Below are positions 57,804-64,000 of a DNA stretch of 64,000 bases, one piece after another. Every line of letters begins with the position of its first letter. Within the stretch, counting starts at the first letter, position 1. Under the pieces are notes generated by a model. It did not search any database and was not told where the DNA came from. It saw only the letters and a list, made by a program, of their open reading frames with translations. A program made the position numbers and the translations under genes. The DNA is from Bacteriovoracaceae bacterium (lineage in GTDB: Bacteria; Bdellovibrionota; Bacteriovoracia; Bacteriovoracales; Bacteriovoracaceae). The stretch spans positions 1-64,000 of the forward strand of contig JABIHA010000080.1 in the NCBI GenBank assembly GCA_018649885.1, written 5' to 3'.

Positions 57804-60800
57804 ATGAGTAGTGAGGCAGAAGGTAGTAGTTTTTCGTTTGTTGAGGCAGAGCATAAAGTGCTCAAATACTGGGACGAGAACAAGATTTTTAAAAAATCTT
57901 TGGAAAATACTGCCGACGCGGCACCTTATATTTTCTATGATGGCCCTCCCTTTGCCACAGGGCTTCCCCATCATGGCCACCTTGTAGGTGGCACTCTTAA
58001 AGATATAATACCCAGGTATTTCACTATGAAAGGGCGCTATGTTGAAAGACGCTTTGGTTGGGATTGCCATGGGCTACCGGTGGAAAATGAGATTGATAAA
58101 AAGCTGGGAATGTCGGCCCTTGAAGCGGTAGAAAAGCTGGGAGTAGGTGGATACAACGATGAGTGCCGGGGAATTGTCTCTCGCTATACCAAAGAGTGGG
58201 AAAAAACAGTCACCAGAATGGGCAGGTGGGTTGATTTTGAAAATGACTATAAAACTATGGATCCCACTTTTATGGAGAGTGTGTGGTGGGTATTCAAAAC
58301 TTTATGGGACAAGGATCTCATCTATAAGGGCAAAAAAGTGGTTCCGTTTTCCACTGCTCTACACACAACCCTTTCAAATTTTGAAGCTGCATTAAACTAT
58401 AAAGATATTACTGATCAGGCCGTCACAGTGCTCTTTAAGGCACGCGGAGAAGATGCCTACTTTGCTGCTTGGACCACCACTCCATGGACCCTTCCCTCAA
58501 ATTTGTGCCTATGCGCTGGGGCAGATATTGATTATGTTCTAGTTAGTGACCCGGATGTGGACCTTCCTTACTATTTAGCTGCCGCCAGAATGGACTATTA
58601 CGGTAAGAAGAAAGAACTTAAAGTGTTAAAAGAGCTAAAAGGATCAGATTTATTAGGTAATAAATTCGAACCCCTATTACCTTACTTCGGGGAGCTTGAA
58701 AAAGAAGGCTGTTTTCAGGTTCTCAACGATGGATACGTAACCACAGAAAGTGGGACGGGAATAGTTCATATTGCTCCAGGCTTCGGTGAGGATGACTTTA
58801 GGGTTATGAGTGAAGCTGGAATCAAATCCATCGTCTGCCCAGTTAACAATCTAGGGAAATTTACCAGTGAAGTTGATGATCTAGTCGACGTTTACGTCAA
58901 AGACGCCGATAAAGAGATAATCAAAAGACTAAAAAGTGAAGGGAAGTTCTTAGAGCAAAGTAGTTATAATCACAGCTATCCTTTTTGCTATAGGACAGAC
59001 ACTCCACTGATCTATAAGGCGGTGCCTTCTTGGTATGTGAAGGTTGAACAGATCAGAGACAAAATGGTCAAAAATAACCAGCAAGTTAACTGGGTCCCCA
59101 ATCATTTAAAAGATGGCAGGTTTGGCAATTGGCTAGCGGGTGCCAGAGATTGGTCAATATCCAGAACCAGAGTGTGGGGTAACCCTCTCCCGGTCTGGAT
59201 AAATGATGTAAATGAAAAGGCCATTTGCGTGGGCTCAACTAGTGAGCTTAAAGAGCTATCAGGACAATGTCCTGCAGACTTGCACCGAGAGAATGTGGAT
59301 GGAATAACTTTTACTATTGATGGAGAAGAGGGGACATATCACCGTGTACCAGATGTACTAGACTGTTGGTTTGAGTCTGGCTCAATGCCCTATGCCCAAC
59401 TTCATTACCCATTTGAGAATAAAGAAGTGTTTGAGGGAGGTTTTCCTGCCGAGTTTATCGCTGAAGGGCTCGATCAAACAAGAGGCTGGTTTTATACCCT
59501 CAATGTTCTCTCTACGGCCCTATTTGATAAACCTGCTTTTAAAAATGTCATTGTTAACGGAATGATTCTCGCAGGGGATGGCAAGAAAATGAGCAAGTCT
59601 CTTCGAAATTATACAGCTCCTGATGATCTGATGGAAGAATATGGGGCTGACGCTCTAAGGTTGACCTTAATCACCTCCGGACTTGTGAAAGCAGAGGATA
59701 TGCGCTTCACAGACGATGGTGTCAGGGACATGGTCAGGCGTGCACTTCTTCCATGGTTTAATGCTTTTAAATTTTTTCAAACCTATGCAGAGGTAGATGG
59801 ATGGAATCCAAAAGATCATTTTAAGCAGGGTGATAATATTCTGGATTCTTGGCTGATCTCAAGACTTCAATCTCTTGTTCAAACTGTAGATGAACAAATG
59901 GAAGCCTATCAACTATATAATGTGATTCCTGCTCTTTTTAGCTTTATAGAAGATCTTACTAATTGGTATATCAGACTCAATAGGAGAAGATTTTGGGAAG
60001 AGGGATTATCTGATGATAAGCAAATTGCCTACTCTGCTCTTTATCAAACACTTTTAACTCTTTCTAAGCTAATGGCACCACTGGCGCCCTTCTTATCAGA
60101 GCATATTTTTCTTGAACTAAAGAAAATGGGGGCCATAAGTGAGGAGTCAGTTCATCTTTGCCGGTACCCTGCCTCCGATTCGAGTGTGATAAATAGTGTA
60201 CTCGAAGATGCAGTGGATAGAATGATCCAAGTTTTACTACTGGGAAGGCAAAAGCGGATCTCTGTAAAGATAAAAGTTAAAACGCCTCTTTCAAAGCTTG
60301 TTGTGATTCACAAAGAGCAAAAAATCTTAGATGAGATAAAAAAGCTTGAAAGGTATATAAAAACTGAACTCAATGTAAAAGATGTATCTTACTCTCTGAA
60401 TGAGGATCAATTTATCACTTTATTCGCAAAACCAAATTCGCCTGTTCTTGGCAAAAAGATGGGAAAGAAGTTTGGACTCGTGAGAAAAGAAATTGAGGCC
60501 TTGCCAAGCACCACACTTGCCCAAATAGAAGCTGGCGAGAGTGTTGAAATTTGTGATGAGAAAATGGGAGCCAGTGAAATCCTTATTTTTAGAGAGGCAA
60601 AAGAAGGCACAGGGGCGATGTCCAATAGATTCATTTCTATTGAGCTTGATTGCACCCTGACTGATGAGCTTGTCTTAGAGGGATTAGCACGGGAAGTTGT
60701 CAACAGGGTTCAAAAAACTCGTAAAGAGAAAGGTTTTAATGTCAGTGACCGCATTAAACTTGAATTTTCTGGTGATGAGAAAATAGTTAAGGCGATCAAC

Positions 60801-60923
60801 GGATATTCTGATTACATAAAAGGTGAAACTCTTTGTGACAGCATGACAGATCACCCAGGTGTGAGTGGTGAAAGTTTTACAGTTGATGGACTTGATCTTA
60901 CTTTAAAAATTGAAAGAGTTTAA
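57804..60923 (+). CDS. ileS: Isoleucine--tRNA ligase, type 2
   Basis: DGPPFATGLPHHGH, GWDCHG, WTTTPWTLP, KMSKS; type-2 C-terminus EGLAREVVNRVQKTRK. Confidence 0.97.
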   Translation: MSSEAEGSSFSFVEAEHKVLKYWDENKIFKKSLENTADAAPYIFYDGPPFATGLPHHGHLVGGTLKDIIPRYFTMKGRYVERRFGWDCHGLPVENEIDKKLGMSALEAVEKLGVGGYNDECRGIVSRYTKEWEKTVTRMGRWVDFENDYKTMDPTFMESVWWVFKTLWDKDLIYKGKKVVPFSTALHTTLSNFEAALNYKDITDQAVTVLFKARGEDAYFAAWTTTPWTLPSNLCLCAGADIDYVLVSDPDVDLPYYLAAARMDYYGKKKELKVLKELKGSDLLGNKFEPLLPYFGELEKEGCFQVLNDGYVTTESGTGIVHIAPGFGEDDFRVMSEAGIKSIVCPVNNLGKFTSEVDDLVDVYVKDADKEIIKRLKSEGKFLEQSSYNHSYPFCYRTDTPLIYKAVPSWYVKVEQIRDKMVKNNQQVNWVPNHLKDGRFGNWLAGARDWSISRTRVWGNPLPVWINDVNEKAICVGSTSELKELSGQCPADLHRENVDGITFTIDGEEGTYHRVPDVLDCWFESGSMPYAQLHYPFENKEVFEGGFPAEFIAEGLDQTRGWFYTLNVLSTALFDKPAFKNVIVNGMILAGDGKKMSKSLRNYTAPDDLMEEYGADALRLTLITSGLVKAEDMRFTDDGVRDMVRRALLPWFNAFKFFQTYAEVDGWNPKDHFKQGDNILDSWLISRLQSLVQTVDEQMEAYQLYNVIPALFSFIEDLTNWYIRLNRRRFWEEGLSDDKQIAYSALYQTLLTLSKLMAPLAPFLSEHIFLELKKMGAISEESVHLCRYPASDSSVINSVLEDAVDRMIQVLLLGRQKRISVKIKVKTPLSKLVVIHKEQKILDEIKKLERYIKTELNVKDVSYSLNEDQFITLFAKPNSPVLGKKMGKKFGLVRKEIEALPSTTLAQIEAGESVEICDEKMGASEILIFREAKEGTGAMSNRFISIELDCTLTDELVLEGLAREVVNRVQKTRKEKGFNVSDRIKLEFSGDEKIVKAINGYSDYIKGETLCDSMTDHPGVSGESFTVDGLDLTLKIERV

Positions 60924-60938
60924 TCACAGAGGGTCTTT

Positions 60939-61556
60939 ATGTTAGCAGCTACTTTCATTATTTCTCTTTTTCTTAACAGTGCTGATGGTGTATCTGCAGA
61001 GGCTGAGAAATCTCTACTGACTGAAAGCACAGTGAACTCACAGCAAAATGATTTTGGCGCAGAAGCGTCCACTTTCTTTTGGACTATTCCAAATAGTCAA
61101 AGTGATTACGACAGTGAGTTTATTGGAGCAAAACTTGGAGTTAAATATCACCTCGACTCTGGCACCTATATTACAAGTTCACTCGTTTTTGGACAAAATA
61201 GACTGGTAAAAGATAGTGGAGAGCTAGGTCATCAAAATGGATTTGGTATTGATATTGAGATATCAAAAAATATTGCCCTGTTTTCTAATGGCCTAGGACT
61301 TTTGGTAGGCGGAGAGATATTTGCTGTAAAATCACTTTATCCACAAAGAAGTTATTCCGGAAGTGAGGGGTACTCTGCCGATGCACTTGCTCAGGGGGCA
61401 CTTTTCTTTGCCTGTCCAAGTTTTACCAGTGGTACCTATAATGTGAGTTTATGTGGAGAAGCTGGACCTGCAAGGGTGGCAGAACTTGGAGAGAGTCCAT
61501 TTGTTAAATCTGCTTTGGGTCTTGGGCTCAGTCTAAAACTTGCATACTTTCTATAG
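60939..61556 (+). CDS. Hypothetical outer-membrane beta-barrel-like protein
   Basis: Signal-like N-terminus, alternating strands, aromatic C-terminus. Confidence 0.6.
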   Translation: MLAATFIISLFLNSADGVSAEAEKSLLTESTVNSQQNDFGAEASTFFWTIPNSQSDYDSEFIGAKLGVKYHLDSGTYITSSLVFGQNRLVKDSGELGHQNGFGIDIEISKNIALFSNGLGLLVGGEIFAVKSLYPQRSYSGSEGYSADALAQGALFFACPSFTSGTYNVSLCGEAGPARVAELGESPFVKSALGLGLSLKLAYFL

Positions 61557-61564
61557 TGATATAC

Positions 61565-63019
61565 TTATTCAATTGTATTAAGCTTACAACCATTTCCTAG
61601 GACATTTCCGACCAGCTTATTTTTGAAGATAAGCTCATTAAGGTTATTGGCCTTCGATTTTACTCCGCAGCCTTCATTTTCCATGATGATATTTCCACTT
61701 ATGTGAGTGATGTAATCACTAGTGATGTAGAGGCCGTCACCTTTGTTTCTTTTGATGACATTTCTTTGAATTTCAACTGAGCTACTTTTAATATACTCAA
61801 TGCCACTTGCCATATTATCACTCACAGCATTTTCGTAGATACCCACTTTACCACTTGAATTAATGATAATTCCAGCATCGAGGCCATGGGAAATAAAGTT
61901 TTGAATGACATCGGCTTGGGCCTTTCCTTTGACAGTTATCCCTGTAAAGATGCTTGATTCAACAGTATTATTTCTAAGGGTAGAGGTTGATCTTCTTCTT
62001 ACTAAAATTCCCTGGTTATTATCTCTCAAGGTATTGTTCTCAACAATTGAGCGGGCACTATCTGTGACGTAAATGGCACTGCCTCCTACGCTACTAATGT
62101 TATTTCCTTTTACAATAGAACTTGTTTCACCCTTAAAAAGCAGACCATAAGCAGAGCTTGTAATTATATTATCAAGAATAATAGGTCTAGAGGTCCCTTT
62201 AGTTAAAACTGCCCAAGACATGGCCTTTTTAAAAGTATTGCCAATAATTGTAGGCCTTGAAGGCCCCTGAATAGAAACACAGCTTAGAAGGCAATCACTG
62301 AATAGGTTGGAATTGAGTTCAGGAACTGCATCATTTGAAATAAGTACACCGATATGTTTAGGCCCAATAATTTCATTTTTAAGATACTGTCCTGAAGCGT
62401 TGTCTGTGATGTAGATTCCAACGCCTTGTGAATTTCGAATAACATTGCCCACTAATATTGGAGATGAGTCGTTTCTGACAGAAAAGACCTCGCCACTGGC
62501 ATTTGGAAATTCATTATCAATGAAAACGGGTCTACTAAAATTCTTAATTGAGACAATTGTTCGGCCACCAATAAACTCATTGTTATGAAAGATTCCCTTA
62601 GCATGGGAAGTTGTTAATACATTTATTTTCCCTTTGGATCTAAGACGACAGTTTTCAATTAGATGACCTGTACCTTTTTGCAGATGCACTACTAGCCCTG
62701 CTCTGGAATGAGTTTTGAGGGTGAGATTTTTAACGTGAACATCTTTGCCAGAAATAGTTAGTACCGGACCGGGCTTGTCGCTTTCTATGGTGGCCAGGCT
62801 TCCATCTTCTGGGCCTTGAATTGTGACTTCGTTTGAAAGAAAAAGGGGACCTTTGTGAGTACCGGTTTTTAAAATGATAACTTCGCCCACTTTAGCGCTT
62901 TTAATTATATCTCTTAGGTATGGTCCCTTGGGTGATGACTCAGGCATGGCCACAAGGGCCGCTTTCGAAGCAATAGAATAAAAACAAACAAATAACACCA
63001 CAACTGCTAAAATTTTCAA
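61565..63019 (-). CDS. Secreted right-handed beta-helix (NosD/pectin-lyase-like) protein
   Basis: Many ~22-23-aa repeats of the type N...GI.I...A.P.I..N; signal peptide. Confidence 0.85.
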   Translation of the reverse strand: MKILAVVVLFVCFYSIASKAALVAMPESSPKGPYLRDIIKSAKVGEVIILKTGTHKGPLFLSNEVTIQGPEDGSLATIESDKPGPVLTISGKDVHVKNLTLKTHSRAGLVVHLQKGTGHLIENCRLRSKGKINVLTTSHAKGIFHNNEFIGGRTIVSIKNFSRPVFIDNEFPNASGEVFSVRNDSSPILVGNVIRNSQGVGIYITDNASGQYLKNEIIGPKHIGVLISNDAVPELNSNLFSDCLLSCVSIQGPSRPTIIGNTFKKAMSWAVLTKGTSRPIILDNIITSSAYGLLFKGETSSIVKGNNISSVGGSAIYVTDSARSIVENNTLRDNNQGILVRRRSTSTLRNNTVESSIFTGITVKGKAQADVIQNFISHGLDAGIIINSSGKVGIYENAVSDNMASGIEYIKSSSVEIQRNVIKRNKGDGLYITSDYITHISGNIIMENEGCGVKSKANNLNELIFKNKLVGNVLGNGCKLNTIE

Positions 63020-63191
63020 GCGTATCCTCCTGGAATTGTAGGAGACATGATACTAGTGTGAGTGAAGCGAAATAGTCAAGATTAATGCTCTGTGGAGCAG
63101 GAAATGTGGCATAGTGGCAAAAAGATCTTATTTGTCATAAAAAAATAAATTATGCTTAAGGCCATGGTCATAACAGGTCGAAATTAAGTGC

Positions 63192-64000
63192 ATGACTACA
63201 AAGTTTAGCGGTGCAAAAGTTTCAAACAAAAAAATCAAGACTAAAAGTCAATGGAATTACTCTGCATTTAATAAAATTGATGGATCGCATCCTTACCGAG
63301 ATCAAGTGGAAGGCGGGCACATCGGCTATGATGCAAGGCTAAAGCCTGGGGGTAGTATTCTCTACTTTAATTTTGATTTGGCCCGCGAGATGGGGCTTAT
63401 TCCAAAGGGTCACCCTGAAAAAATGAGCAAAAAACTTGAGCGTGTTTTGCTTGAGACATTTGGTATCCAAATAATTAATGAGTACGACATCGAAAGTGGT
63501 GTGGAAATAGATAAAAGCCAAATTAAATCAAAGAAATATATGGCCACACGTTATCTGCAACTACAACACCCAAAAAAAGATGGAAGCACATCAGGAGATG
63601 GAAGATCTATTTGGAATGGACATTTTTCCAATGGTCGAACTACCTGGGATATATCAAGTTGTGGTACTGGAGCGACGAAACTCAGTCCAGCAACTGCTAT
63701 CCAAGGACGTTACTTTGAAACAGGGGACCCCACAATTTCCTATGGGTGTGGACTCGCCGACCTAAGCGATGGTCTTAGTGGAGCAATTTTAAGTGAAATT
63801 TTTCATAATAATGGAATAAAAACTGAGAGGACGCTTGCCTTAATAGAGTACAAAGGTGGTCTTTCTATAAATATTCGAGCTGGTCTTAATTTACTTAGGC
63901 CCAGTCATTTTTTCATGTTTTTAAAACAATCCAATTATCAGTCTCTAAAATCGTCAGTGGATTTATTTATTGAAAGACAAGCTTCAAATGGTGATTTTGA
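63192..64000 (+). CDS. Divergent SelO/YdiU-like protein (3' end runs off the window)
   Basis: Open frame from ATG 63192, absent from the ORF track: YFNFDLAREMGL...SGDGRSIW...WDISSCGTGAT...SEIFH...TERTL...LRPSHF. Confidence 0.7.
   Translation, partial: MTTKFSGAKVSNKKIKTKSQWNYSAFNKIDGSHPYRDQVEGGHIGYDARLKPGGSILYFNFDLAREMGLIPKGHPEKMSKKLERVLLETFGIQIINEYDIESGVEIDKSQIKSKKYMATRYLQLQHPKKDGSTSGDGRSIWNGHFSNGRTTWDISSCGTGATKLSPATAIQGRYFETGDPTISYGCGLADLSDGLSGAILSEIFHNNGIKTERTLALIEYKGGLSINIRAGLNLLRPSHFFMFLKQSNYQSLKSSVDLFIERQASNGDF

Noticed and set aside
1323..60703. Numerous short antisense or off-frame ORFs inside long genes
   Set aside because: Shadows of well-supported CDSs with no independent motifs.
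63339..63765. Short ORFs 63339-63521 and 63580-63765
   Set aside because: They lie within the longer open frame starting at 63192.

Overview
AT-rich bacterial chromosomal window. Gene content (many secreted hydrolases, PilZ and CheY-like proteins, a type-2 IleRS, a Met-zincin lipoprotein, a DUF3015-DUF4105 cluster) suggests a predatory Bdellovibrionota such as Bacteriovoracia; this is inference. Housekeeping content: yaaA, a Dus-family gene, def, pepP, a phoBR-like pair, metF, rluE, ileS, and an asd-lysC-dapB-dapA-dapD-lysA operon behind a lysine riboswitch. Main observations: (1) an HNH nuclease gene (9002-9871) enclosed by ~200-bp imperfect inverted repeats that carry their own hairpins, followed by a 76-bp tandem array; (2) a lipoprotein-signal Hsp100/Clp-like AAA+ protein with a degenerate D1, a CUB domain between the modules and an intact D2, next to a secreted subtilase; (3) a 171-bp intergenic palindrome whose transitions all give G-U pairs on one strand and whose ends carry outward-facing sigma70-like promoters; (4) an AstE/AspA-family hydrolase ending the DAP operon where DapE would be expected; (5) a tandem pair of large secreted proteins with BPI/LBP-like motifs behind a sigma54-like promoter. 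Two edge CDSs missing from the ORF track are added. No rRNA, tRNA or CRISPR array was seen. All alignments and counts were done by hand.
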